This document shows, piece after piece, positions 52,741-61,242 of a stretch of DNA of 64,000 nucleotides (its first letter is position 1; every line of letters begins with the position of its first letter). The stretch is from Acidobacteriota bacterium (GTDB lineage Bacteria > Acidobacteriota > Vicinamibacteria > Vicinamibacterales > JAKQTR01). The notes beneath the pieces are model-generated. The model saw nothing but the letters and a program-made list of their open reading frames with translations, searched no databases and was not told the origin of the DNA. Made by a program: the position numbers and the translations under genes. Where the stretch lies: positions 50,086 through 114,085 of the forward strand of contig JBAXOX010000005.1 in assembly GCA_037133015.1 (NCBI GenBank), read 5' to 3'.

Positions 52741-55020
52741 ATGAGCGACACCGTGCGCTACGATGACCAGAACCCGCGGCTCTTTTTCCTCGCCGCGGTC
52801 GTGTGGGCCGTGGTCGGCATGCTCGTGGGCGTCCTGATCGCGGCGATGCTCTTCATGCCGGGGCTCAACCTGGCGCCGTTTCTGACGTACGGGAGGCTGC
52901 GGCCGCTTCACACCAACGCGGTGATATTCGCCTTCTGCGGCAACATGATCTTCGGCGGCATCTACCACTCGATGCAGCGCCTGCTGAAGACACGGCTCTT
53001 CAACGACGGCCTCACCAGGTTCCACTTCTGGGGCTGGCAGTTGCTCATCGTGTGTGCCGCACTCGCCCTGGTCACCGGCAATACGCAGGGCAAGGAATAC
53101 GCCGAACTGCCCTGGCTGCTCGACATCATGATTGCGGTGCTCTGGGTGAGCTTCGCGATCAACTTCTTCGGGACCATCGCGATCCGACGCGAGAAGCATC
53201 TGTACGTGGCGCTCTGGTTCTACATCGCGACCATCGTCGCGGTGGCCGTCCTGCACATCGGCAACAGCATGGCGATGCCCTACTCGCTGCTGGGCAGCTA
53301 CTCGGCCTACGCCGGCGTCAAGGACGCGCTGATGCAGTGGTGGTACGGCCACAACGCCGTCGCGTTCTTTCTGACGACGCCGTTTCTCGGCCTGATGTAC
53401 TACTACCTGCCAAAAGCCTCCGACCGGCCGGTCTTCAGCTACCGGCTGTCGATCATGCACTTCTGGTCGATCGTCTTCGTGTACATCTGGGCCGGGCCGC
53501 ACCATCTGCACTACTCGGCCGTCCCTGAGTGGGCGTCGACGCTCGGAATGATCTTCTCGCTGATCCTGTGGATGCCGTCGTGGGGCGGCATGGTGAACGG
53601 GTTGTTCACCCTGCGCGGTGCCTGGCACAAGCTGCGCGAAGATCCGATTCTGAAGTTCATGGTGGTGGCGGTCACCTACTACGGCATGTCGACGTTCGAG
53701 GGACCGATGATGTCGATCAAGTCGGTGAACGCGGTCAGCCATTTCACCGATTGGACCATCGGACACGTCCACGCCGGCACGCTGGGCTGGAACGCATTTC
53801 TCTCCTTCGGCATTCTCTACTGGGTCGTCCCGAAGCTGTGGAAGACCGAACTGTATTCGAAGAAGCTCGCCACGGCGCACTTCTGGGTGGCGACCGTCGG
53901 CCTCATTACCTACCAGGTGTCGATGTGGGTGGCCGGCATCACCCAATGGGGGATGTGGCGGGCCTTCGAGCCCGACGGGCGCCTGACGTACCCCGACTTT
54001 ATCGAGACCGTCATCCGGATCGTTCCGATGTACTGGATCCGCCTGGTGGCCGGGATTCTCTTCTTCGGGGGTCTGCTGCTGCTGGTCTGGAACATCGTCA
54101 AGACCATCAGGAGCGCGCCGGCCGGGTACCAGGTTGAACCCGACGTGATCGTCCCGCCCCTGGTGAAAGACCGGTCGGCTCCGGGTGCGGTGACGCCCGC
54201 CAACACGTACGATCACGCCTTCTACCGAATCCAGCACGAGGTGCGTCACGGCGTCCATCGCGCGCTCGAATCGCGCACCGTCAGCTTCACCGTGCTGGTC
54301 GCGCTGGCGCTGGCAGTCGGCTCGCTGGTCGAGGCGATTCCGATGTTCTTCGACAAAGACAACGTCAAGGAGATCGCCGGCGTGAAGCCCCTGACGCCGC
54401 TGGAGATGATCGGGCGCGACATTTACATCCGGGAGGGCTGCTACAACTGCCACTCGCAGATGGTCCGGCCGTTCCGCTACGAGACCGAACGCTACGGCGA
54501 ATACGCGAAGGCGGGCGAGTTTGTCTACGACCACCCGTTCCAGTGGGGGTCGAAGCGGACAGGTCCCGATCTGCTCCGCGAGGGCGGCAAGTACCCGTCG
54601 CTCTGGCACGTGCGCCACATGGACCGTCCGGCCTCGACCACGCCGGGCTCGATTATGCCGCGCTACACGCACCTCAGGACCGACCCGTTCGACCTGTCTC
54701 TTGTCGGCTCGAAGATGCGCGCGTTGCGCACGGTCGGCGTGCCCTATACCGACGGGGACATCGAGTCGGCGCCCTCGGTCATCCAGACCCAGGCCCGGGC
54801 GATTGCCGCGGAGGTCGAAGCGCAGCAGGGGCCGGCGGGGCTGGCCGATAAGGAAATCGTCGCGCTGACGGCGTACCTGCAGCGCCTTGGTACCGACATC
54901 AAGTGGAAGAAGCCCGCTGCCGCGCCTGCGTTGGCGCCCGCCTCCGCCCCCGGGGGACCGAGTGCTTCGGCGGGGCAAGCCCCACCGGCGGCGGCTACCT
55001 CGACGGCTCCGGTGAAGTAG
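52741..55020 (+). CDS. ccoNO: cbb3-type cytochrome c oxidase, fused subunits I and II (CcoN-CcoO)
   Basis: 759-aa ORF. The CcoN part has 12+ TM helices with GPHHLHY, HFTDWTIGHVHAG and HFWVATVG. The CcoO part begins after about residue 500, with a TM anchor, GRDIYIREGCYNCHSQMVRPF (CxxCH), FQWGSKRTGPDL and SIMPRY. No stop codon lies between the two parts. Confidence 0.95.
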   Translation: MSDTVRYDDQNPRLFFLAAVVWAVVGMLVGVLIAAMLFMPGLNLAPFLTYGRLRPLHTNAVIFAFCGNMIFGGIYHSMQRLLKTRLFNDGLTRFHFWGWQLLIVCAALALVTGNTQGKEYAELPWLLDIMIAVLWVSFAINFFGTIAIRREKHLYVALWFYIATIVAVAVLHIGNSMAMPYSLLGSYSAYAGVKDALMQWWYGHNAVAFFLTTPFLGLMYYYLPKASDRPVFSYRLSIMHFWSIVFVYIWAGPHHLHYSAVPEWASTLGMIFSLILWMPSWGGMVNGLFTLRGAWHKLREDPILKFMVVAVTYYGMSTFEGPMMSIKSVNAVSHFTDWTIGHVHAGTLGWNAFLSFGILYWVVPKLWKTELYSKKLATAHFWVATVGLITYQVSMWVAGITQWGMWRAFEPDGRLTYPDFIETVIRIVPMYWIRLVAGILFFGGLLLLVWNIVKTIRSAPAGYQVEPDVIVPPLVKDRSAPGAVTPANTYDHAFYRIQHEVRHGVHRALESRTVSFTVLVALALAVGSLVEAIPMFFDKDNVKEIAGVKPLTPLEMIGRDIYIREGCYNCHSQMVRPFRYETERYGEYAKAGEFVYDHPFQWGSKRTGPDLLREGGKYPSLWHVRHMDRPASTTPGSIMPRYTHLRTDPFDLSLVGSKMRALRTVGVPYTDGDIESAPSVIQTQARAIAAEVEAQQGPAGLADKEIVALTAYLQRLGTDIKWKKPAAAPALAPASAPGGPSASAGQAPPAAATSTAPVK

Positions 55021-55022
55021 CG

Positions 55023-55226
55023 ATGCTGCAGGAACTGGCTGCGGAGACCGGCGCCAGCGTCTGGGCGATCGGCTCGATGATGTTTTTTTTGCTGGCATGG
55101 CTGGGCATAGCCGCGTGGGTCTACCGGACCCGCCCGGACGAATTCGATGCGCGGGCCCGTCTCCCTCTCGAGGGCGACACCGAAGAGTGGCAGAAAGTAC
55201 CGTCGGCCACGCCGACGGGACGCTGA
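55023..55226 (+). CDS. ccoQ: CcoQ/FixQ-like small membrane subunit
   Basis: 67-aa reading from ATG 55023, 2 nt after the ccoNO stop. It has a single TM (VWAIGSMMFFLLAWLGIAAWVY), then RTRPDEFDARARLPLEGD, as in FixQ-type proteins. Confidence 0.6.
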   Translation: MLQELAAETGASVWAIGSMMFFLLAWLGIAAWVYRTRPDEFDARARLPLEGDTEEWQKVPSATPTGR

Positions 55227-55238
55227 GGCGAGGACACC

Positions 55239-55838
55239 ATGGCAGAGTTCGAAGACAAGGTGCTTCACGAACTGGACGGCATCAGGGAATACGACAACCC
55301 GATGCCCGGCTGGCTCATGGCGATCTGGTGGGGGTCGCTCATCTTCGCCGCAGGCTACATCGCGTTTTTCGCCCTGAGTTTCGGCGAGGGCTCGATGGAA
55401 GCCGATTACCGGAGCGAAGCCCAGAAGGCGGTGACGTCGATCGACTTGTATTTCGCGGCGAACCCGCTGGTCGCGCCGTCGCGGGAGCAACTGCTGGCCG
55501 GGGCGGCCGACCCCGTCGTCCTCGAGAAGGCGAAGGCGCGGTTTGTCCGCACCTGCGCCCCGTGTCACGGCGAACAGGCACAGGGCCTGATCGGCCCGAA
55601 CCTCACCGACGACCGCTGGATTCATGGCGGGACGGTGGACCAGATCTTTCAGACCGTCGCCAAGGGGTGGCCGGTCAAGGGCATGCCGCCCTGGGGGCGC
55701 GTGCTGAAGCCGGACGAAATTGCGGCACTGGTCTCCTACATCCGCAGCATCCAGGGCTCGAATCCGCCCAACCCTCGGGCGCCGGAAGGCGAGCGCGCGG
55801 TGCCCGAGCCGATGCCGAGCCATTCGACGACGCACTGA
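55239..55838 (+). CDS. ccoP: cbb3 oxidase subunit III (CcoP), monoheme form
   Basis: 199-aa ORF with the FixP N-terminal motif LDGIREYDNPMPGWLMAIWWGSLIFAAGY. It has a single CxxCH (CAPCHG) with the MPPWG Met ligand. Classical CcoP is dihaem and about 290 aa. Confidence 0.85.
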   Translation: MAEFEDKVLHELDGIREYDNPMPGWLMAIWWGSLIFAAGYIAFFALSFGEGSMEADYRSEAQKAVTSIDLYFAANPLVAPSREQLLAGAADPVVLEKAKARFVRTCAPCHGEQAQGLIGPNLTDDRWIHGGTVDQIFQTVAKGWPVKGMPPWGRVLKPDEIAALVSYIRSIQGSNPPNPRAPEGERAVPEPMPSHSTTH

Positions 55839-55845
55839 CGTGAGC

Positions 55846-57342
55846 ATGATGGTGATCGACCAGCCGCCTCGGGCGCCGGTAGCGGCGCCGACGGGCCAGC
55901 ATCGCGTGTTCGATGTGGCGCCCGACGAGGATCTGCTGTACAGCCTGTCGGCCGACGGCAAGCGGAAGTTCTTTCATCCCGTGGTCAGGCCGGGGCGGTT
56001 CTGGAAGATTCGGCGCGCGATCGCGTACGCCCTGTTCGTCCTGTTCCTCGCGTTGCCCCTGCTGTCGGTCGGTCGTCATCCCGCGCTGCAGTTCGACATC
56101 GCGACCCGCCGCACGTTTGTCTTTGGCGGGACGTTCTACCCGACAGACAGCTTGCTGCTCGTGTCGTTCGGCTTCGGCATCATCGTGACGGTCTTTTTTG
56201 TCGGATCAACGTTCGGGCGGATGTGGTGCGGCTACGCGTGCCCGCAGACGGTGTGGCTCGAGTTCCTGTTCCGCCCCATCGAGGCGGTGATCGAGGGCGG
56301 ACCGTCCAGGCAGGCCAAGCTGAACCGGGCACCGTGGACCGGCCGGAAGCTCGCCATCAAGGCGACGAAGTGGACCATCTGGTCTGCGGTCGCGCTGCTG
56401 ATGTCGTCGACCTTCGTCGCGTACTTCACCGGGTGGACCCCGCTGCTGCAGGGCTTGGCGCGCGAACCGGCCGCGTGGGCCGGCTCGCTCTTCGTGGTGG
56501 CCGGGGTGGCGGGCGCCATCGTGTTCGACTTTGGCTGGTTCCGGGATCAGATGTGCACGATTGCGTGCCCCTACGGTCGCCTGCAGAACGTGCTGGCCGA
56601 CCGGGACACGCTCGTGGTGGCGTACGACGCGCCGCGCGGCGATCCGAAGGTCAGGCTGAAGGACCGCCTTGCCGCCGTCCGAGCCGGCGATTGCATCGCG
56701 TGTCGGGCCTGCGTAAACGCGTGTCCGACCGGCACCGATATCCGGCGCGGTCTTCAGCCGGAGTGCATTGGCACGGCGCAGTGCATCGACGCGTGCGACG
56801 AGGTGATGCTCGGCCAGGGCAAGCCGATTCGCTTGATCAAGTACACGACCGAGCGCGAACAGAAGGGCGGCGCGCGGCGCATCTGGCGCGTGCGCAATCT
56901 CGCCTATCTCGTCTTGATGACCATCGCGTGGGGGACGTTTGGGGGCCTCATCCTGACGCGGTCGGCCGCGCTGGTCGAGGTCCTCAGAGGCGGGCGCGAA
57001 TCCTACCGCCTGCTGCCGAACGGCGACGTGGCGAACCAGCAGCGTGTGCGCGTCACGAATCAGCTGACCGAGACGCAACGTTTTACCATTGAGGTGCTCA
57101 CGCCGAAGGACGCGGCGCTGGTGGTCAGCGAATCGCCCATCTCGGTCGATCCCGATCGGCTGGCGACGCTCACGGCCGTGGTCACGGTGCCGCGCCGAAT
57201 CTTCGACGACGGCCAGGCGCCCATCCGCTACCTGGTGACGTCCGACAAAGGCTTTCGCCAGGAAGTGGACTTCGTCCTGCTCGGTCCGTACGAGTCGGAA
57301 GGCGGGCATTCCGAGAAGCGGAGAGAGGCCGACCACAAATGA
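55846..57342 (+). CDS. ccoG: CcoG/FixG 4Fe-4S ferredoxin-type membrane protein (cbb3 maturation, Cu reductase)
   Basis: Trimmed from ORF 55720..57342 (GTG 55840 is also possible). It has CGYACPQTVW, CPYGRLQ, CIACRACVNACPTGTDIR and CIGTAQCIDACDEVM, plus a C-terminal Ig-like FixG_C region. Confidence 0.9.
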   Translation: MMVIDQPPRAPVAAPTGQHRVFDVAPDEDLLYSLSADGKRKFFHPVVRPGRFWKIRRAIAYALFVLFLALPLLSVGRHPALQFDIATRRTFVFGGTFYPTDSLLLVSFGFGIIVTVFFVGSTFGRMWCGYACPQTVWLEFLFRPIEAVIEGGPSRQAKLNRAPWTGRKLAIKATKWTIWSAVALLMSSTFVAYFTGWTPLLQGLAREPAAWAGSLFVVAGVAGAIVFDFGWFRDQMCTIACPYGRLQNVLADRDTLVVAYDAPRGDPKVRLKDRLAAVRAGDCIACRACVNACPTGTDIRRGLQPECIGTAQCIDACDEVMLGQGKPIRLIKYTTEREQKGGARRIWRVRNLAYLVLMTIAWGTFGGLILTRSAALVEVLRGGRESYRLLPNGDVANQQRVRVTNQLTETQRFTIEVLTPKDAALVVSESPISVDPDRLATLTAVVTVPRRIFDDGQAPIRYLVTSDKGFRQEVDFVLLGPYESEGGHSEKRREADHK

Positions 57343-57878
57343 CGCTCTTCAAGCTGCTCTCGGAATACCGGTGGCCCATCTATCTGGGAGGGCTGCTGAC
57401 GATGTCGATCACCTCGTCGGGCATCATCGCGTGGGTCGCGACGCGGCCCGACACGCCCCGGCCGATGACCGGCTACTACGAGGCGGCGCGTTCCTGGGAC
57501 GCCACCGCCGCGGTCGATGAGGCAAGTCGCCAATTGGGCTGGTCGGTCCGGTACCAGTTCGCCGCCGATGTGCCGCACGTGGTGGGCATGCTTCGACCGA
57601 TCGACGTCGACGTGACCGATCGGGACGGCAAGCCGGTGCTGGGACTGGCCGGGCACCTGTTCGCGATTCGATCGTCGGACGCCCGGTTGAACCAGTCGGG
57701 CGCGTTGACAGCGATGCCGCAGACGCAGGGGCGTTATCGGACGATGATTCGGATCGACGCGCCTGGAGCGTGGGAACTGCGCATCGACGTGACGCAGGCG
57801 GCGCTGCGGTTCGTCCACGCCGCCGTGCTGATGGCGCCGACCGACGCGGCCGCCAGCCAGGAGGGGACGCGCCGGTGA
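57339..57878 (+). CDS. ccoH: FixH/CcoH family protein
   Basis: 179-aa ORF with an ATGA overlap to ccoG, an N-terminal TM (WPIYLGGLLTMSITSSGIIAWVA), then YYEAARSWD...LGWSV, typical of FixH. Confidence 0.8.
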   Translation: MTLFKLLSEYRWPIYLGGLLTMSITSSGIIAWVATRPDTPRPMTGYYEAARSWDATAAVDEASRQLGWSVRYQFAADVPHVVGMLRPIDVDVTDRDGKPVLGLAGHLFAIRSSDARLNQSGALTAMPQTQGRYRTMIRIDAPGAWELRIDVTQAALRFVHAAVLMAPTDAAASQEGTRR

Positions 57879-60394
57879 GCCGTTCCTTCGCGGTCCACCG
57901 GCCCGACAGCGCAGCCAGTTGCGCGCACTGCGGACTCGCAGTGCCGGCCGGCGTGGTCCGCGAACACGACACCGATCAGTTCTGTTGCAACGGCTGCCGC
58001 CAGGTGCATACCCTGATCGGCGAATGGGGATTCGGCCGGTACTACCGCCTGGTCGATCAGCAGCGCGGACGACTCGAGCCTGCTCGCGTCAGCGGACGCA
58101 GCTTTGAGGATTTCGACGACGATCGCGAGCAGGCGACGGCGACCGACCAGCTCGGGCCCGATCGCCGGTGCACGCAGCTCTACCTGGAAGGCGTGCACTG
58201 TGCGGCGTGCGTGTGGCTGGTCGAGAAGTTGCCGGCGGTGCTGGCGGGCGTCGACGAGGTGCGGCTGAACGTCGGGAGCGGGGTGGCCGAGATCACGTGG
58301 CGCCCGGCGCGTACGCGCCTGTCGATCATTGGCCGCGCATTGGACCGTCTCGGATACACGCCGCATATCCACCGCGCGTCGCGGACCCAGGAAGCCAGGC
58401 GGGTTGAGGACCGCGTTGCGCTGGCGCGCTTGGGCGTTGCCGTGGCGTGCGACATGAACCTCATGTTCCTGCAGGGTGCGGTGTACGCGGGCGACTATTC
58501 CGGGATGGCGGGACGGTACTACGCCTTCTTTCGGTGGTTCTCGCTGCTGGTCGCCATTCCGGTGATGCTCTTTTCGGCGAAACCGTTTTTTCGGACCGCC
58601 ATCGCCGGCCTGCGGACGCGCGTGGTCCACATCGATCTGCCGATCGCCATTGGGCTGGCGGCCGCCTTTGCAGCCAGCCTGTTCAACACGGTGCGTGGCA
58701 GCGGCCCGATCTGGTACGACTCGGTGGCGATGCTGACCGCGGCGCTGCTGGGCGCGCGGCAGATTCAGCGCAGCGCCCAGCGTATGGCGCTCGAGCGGGC
58801 CGACGGCCTGCGCGGCGCGGCCTTCCTGGAGTTTGCGCGCAGGTTGGACGGTGAGGGTCCGGACGCGCCGGTGGTCGAAGTGCCTGTGGCGGCGCTGCTG
58901 CCCGGAGACCGCGTGGAGATCCGTTCGGGCGAACTGGTGCCGGTCGACGGTGTGGTGCTCGCAGGCCGTTCGTCCATCGACAACGCCGTGCTGACCGGCG
59001 AGGCCGGCTCGCAGATGGTGCAGGAAGGCGATGTCGTGCACGCCGGCTCGACAAACCTTGGCGCTCGCATCGTCGTTCGCGTTGACGCGGCAGGCGAAAG
59101 CACGCGCGTGGGCGCGCTGCTCGCCATCGTGCAGGACGCGCTGGCTCGAAAGCCTCACGTCTTGCAGAAGTCCGACGTGCTGGCGCGGCGTTTCGTCCAG
59201 GCATTGCTCGGTCTTGCCGTCATCACCGGTCTGGCCTGGCTCTCGAACGGCCCGGCGGTCGCGATAGAACGGGTCGTGGCGCTGCTGGTGGTCGCGTGCC
59301 CGTGCGCACTCGGACTCTCGGTGCCCCTGGCGATGTCGGTGGCCCTGCTGCGTGCGGCTCGCGCGGGCATCTTCATCAAGAATCCCGATGCGCTCGAGAG
59401 ACTGTGCAACGTGGACACGGTGCTGCTCGACAAGACGGGTACCCTGACACAGGGTCGGCCGACGGTGGCTCGGTGGCACGGCGACGATGTGGTGCTGCAG
59501 TTGGCGCGGTCGCTCGAAGCGGAGTCGTGTCATGCCGTCGCGCGCGCGTTTCTGGCCAGCTACGGCCGCGCGTTTGCCGTGGTGCGCAGCGTGTCGGGCG
59601 TGGTCGAAACGGCAGGGCAGGGGATGGCGGGGCGGATCGACGGACACGAGGTTCGCGTCGGAAATCGTGATCACATCGTCGCCGGCGGCGCGGAGATCGC
59701 GGCCGAGTGGGCGGCGGTGGCCGCTGCCATGGTGGCCGACGGCATGAGCCCGGTGTTCGTCGCGGTTGACGGGTGCGTGGCGGGCGTGGCGGGCGTCGGC
59801 GATGCACTTCGCCCAGATGCCCTGGCGACTGTCGGGACGCTGCGGCGGCGCGGCCTGCGTGTGCGGATTCTCTCGGGCGACCATCCAGGCGTCGTCGCGC
59901 GTGTCGGTGCCGCCCTTGGGCTGCCGGCCGAAGACGTCGAGGGAGGACTGACGCCCGAAGCGAAGCGGGATATCGTCTCGGCCCTTGCGGCCAGGCCCGC
60001 CCGCAAGGGCGCCATTGTGATGGTGGGCGACGGCGTGAACGACGCGGCGGCGCTGGCCCTCGCCGATGTCGGCATCGCCGTGCATGGCGGCACCGGGGCG
60101 ACCATGGCCGCCTCCGACATCGTCTTGACGCGCGAGGGCGTTGCCCCGCTGGTCGACATCCTGGACGGCGCCAAGCGACTGCGCGGCGTCATCCGGCGCA
60201 ACATCGCGTTTTCGCTGCTGTATAACGCCGGCGCCTCGGCGATGGCCATGGCCGGCCTGGTCGGGCCGCTGATGGCGGCGATCATGATGCCGATCTCGTC
60301 GCTCTCGGTGATTCTCTCGTCGGCGATCACGCGGACCTTCGTCTGGCCGGGCGCCAGGCTGCGGGCTGGCGGCGGCGTGCAGGGGAGGCTCTGA
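57875..60394 (+). CDS. ccoI: Copper-translocating P1B-type ATPase CcoI/FixI
   Basis: Trimmed from ORF 57770..60394 to GTG 57875 (GTGA overlap with the ccoH stop). It has the FixI N-terminal CAHCGLAVP...FCCNGCRQV, an HMA-like GVHCAACVWLVEK, CPCALGLS (CPC), DKTGTLT and GDGVNDAAAL. Confidence 0.9.
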   Translation: MSRSFAVHRPDSAASCAHCGLAVPAGVVREHDTDQFCCNGCRQVHTLIGEWGFGRYYRLVDQQRGRLEPARVSGRSFEDFDDDREQATATDQLGPDRRCTQLYLEGVHCAACVWLVEKLPAVLAGVDEVRLNVGSGVAEITWRPARTRLSIIGRALDRLGYTPHIHRASRTQEARRVEDRVALARLGVAVACDMNLMFLQGAVYAGDYSGMAGRYYAFFRWFSLLVAIPVMLFSAKPFFRTAIAGLRTRVVHIDLPIAIGLAAAFAASLFNTVRGSGPIWYDSVAMLTAALLGARQIQRSAQRMALERADGLRGAAFLEFARRLDGEGPDAPVVEVPVAALLPGDRVEIRSGELVPVDGVVLAGRSSIDNAVLTGEAGSQMVQEGDVVHAGSTNLGARIVVRVDAAGESTRVGALLAIVQDALARKPHVLQKSDVLARRFVQALLGLAVITGLAWLSNGPAVAIERVVALLVVACPCALGLSVPLAMSVALLRAARAGIFIKNPDALERLCNVDTVLLDKTGTLTQGRPTVARWHGDDVVLQLARSLEAESCHAVARAFLASYGRAFAVVRSVSGVVETAGQGMAGRIDGHEVRVGNRDHIVAGGAEIAAEWAAVAAAMVADGMSPVFVAVDGCVAGVAGVGDALRPDALATVGTLRRRGLRVRILSGDHPGVVARVGAALGLPAEDVEGGLTPEAKRDIVSALAARPARKGAIVMVGDGVNDAAALALADVGIAVHGGTGATMAASDIVLTREGVAPLVDILDGAKRLRGVIRRNIAFSLLYNAGASAMAMAGLVGPLMAAIMMPISSLSVILSSAITRTFVWPGARLRAGGGVQGRL

Positions 60395-60395
60395 G

Positions 60396-60587
60396 ATGGA
60401 GGCCATCTTTGTGCTGCTGCCCCTCGCCCTGCTGATCGCGGCCATCGCCGTGGGTTTCTTCATCTGGGCTGCGCGCACCGGGCAGTTTGACGACCTCGAT
60501 ACGCCTGCCGTCAGGATTCTGTTTGACGACGAGGAGCCGCCCCCCCGGGCGGCACCCGACACATCCTCAAGGAGGGTTCCGCGATGA
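60396..60587 (+). CDS. ccoS: cbb3 oxidase maturation protein CcoS/FixS
   Basis: 63-aa ORF. MEAIFVLLPLALLIAAIAVGFFIWAARTGQFDDLDTPAVRILFDDE is the canonical CcoS pattern. It starts 1 nt after the ccoI stop. Confidence 0.85.
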   Translation: MEAIFVLLPLALLIAAIAVGFFIWAARTGQFDDLDTPAVRILFDDEEPPPRAAPDTSSRRVPR

Positions 60588-61207
60588 ACCTACGCAGCAA
60601 GACCGTCCGCATAGTGGCGGCGGTGACGGTACTGGTGGTGACGGGGACTCTGGCGTACGCCCTGAGCAATGCGCGCAAGGGCTACGCGCCGCGCCAGCCC
60701 ATCGCATTCAGGCACACGCGGATGGCCGGTGTCCCGGTGTGGCAGACCAACGAGAAGGGCGAGAAGGTGAACGTCGGGGGATTCGGGATTCCCTGCGTGT
60801 ACTGCCACACGATGCCCTACAAGGGACGCCACTCCACAATCCCGTCGACCGCGGTGTGCATGAACTGCCACTCGACGGTGGGATTGAACAAGGAGTGGGT
60901 GCTGAAGATGAAGGAGTACTGGGACCGCGGTGAGCCGATCCCGTGGGTCAAGGTGCACGACCTGCCCGACTTCGTCTACTACGACCACTCGGCGCACCTG
61001 AACGCGAAGGACGCGAACGGCCAGCCGAGACTGCCGACCACCGATGCGCAGGGCAAGCCAATGGTGGTGTGCCAGAATTGCCACGGCAGTGTCGAACAGA
61101 TGGAGATCGTGTCGGTGCAGCACCCCTTCAACATGCAGTGGTGCCTCGATTGCCACCGGAAGCCCGAGATGAAGGCGTCGACCGACTGCATCACGTGCCA
61201 TCGGTGA
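60584..61207 (+). CDS. actA: Alternative Complex III pentahaem cytochrome c subunit ActA
   Basis: 207-aa ORF with an N-terminal TM and five CxxCH motifs (CVYCH, CMNCH, CQNCH, CLDCH, CITCH). It has an ATGA overlap with the ccoS stop and is followed by actB. Confidence 0.8.
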   Translation: MNLRSKTVRIVAAVTVLVVTGTLAYALSNARKGYAPRQPIAFRHTRMAGVPVWQTNEKGEKVNVGGFGIPCVYCHTMPYKGRHSTIPSTAVCMNCHSTVGLNKEWVLKMKEYWDRGEPIPWVKVHDLPDFVYYDHSAHLNAKDANGQPRLPTTDAQGKPMVVCQNCHGSVEQMEIVSVQHPFNMQWCLDCHRKPEMKASTDCITCHR

Positions 61208-61242
61208 GGTCTGCACTGGGGGGGGGCGAAGTGGAGAAGACG

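Noticed and set aside
52630-55098. 822-aa ORF antisense to ccoNO. Similar giants are 57734..60562 (942 aa, antisense to ccoI), 21869..24181 (770 aa, antisense to the multicopper oxidase), 35079..36776 and 62515..63942.
   Set aside because: Their translations are Arg/Gly/Pro/His-rich with no recognisable motifs, while the opposite strand encodes proteins with complete, canonical signatures. These are classic high-GC shadow ORFs.
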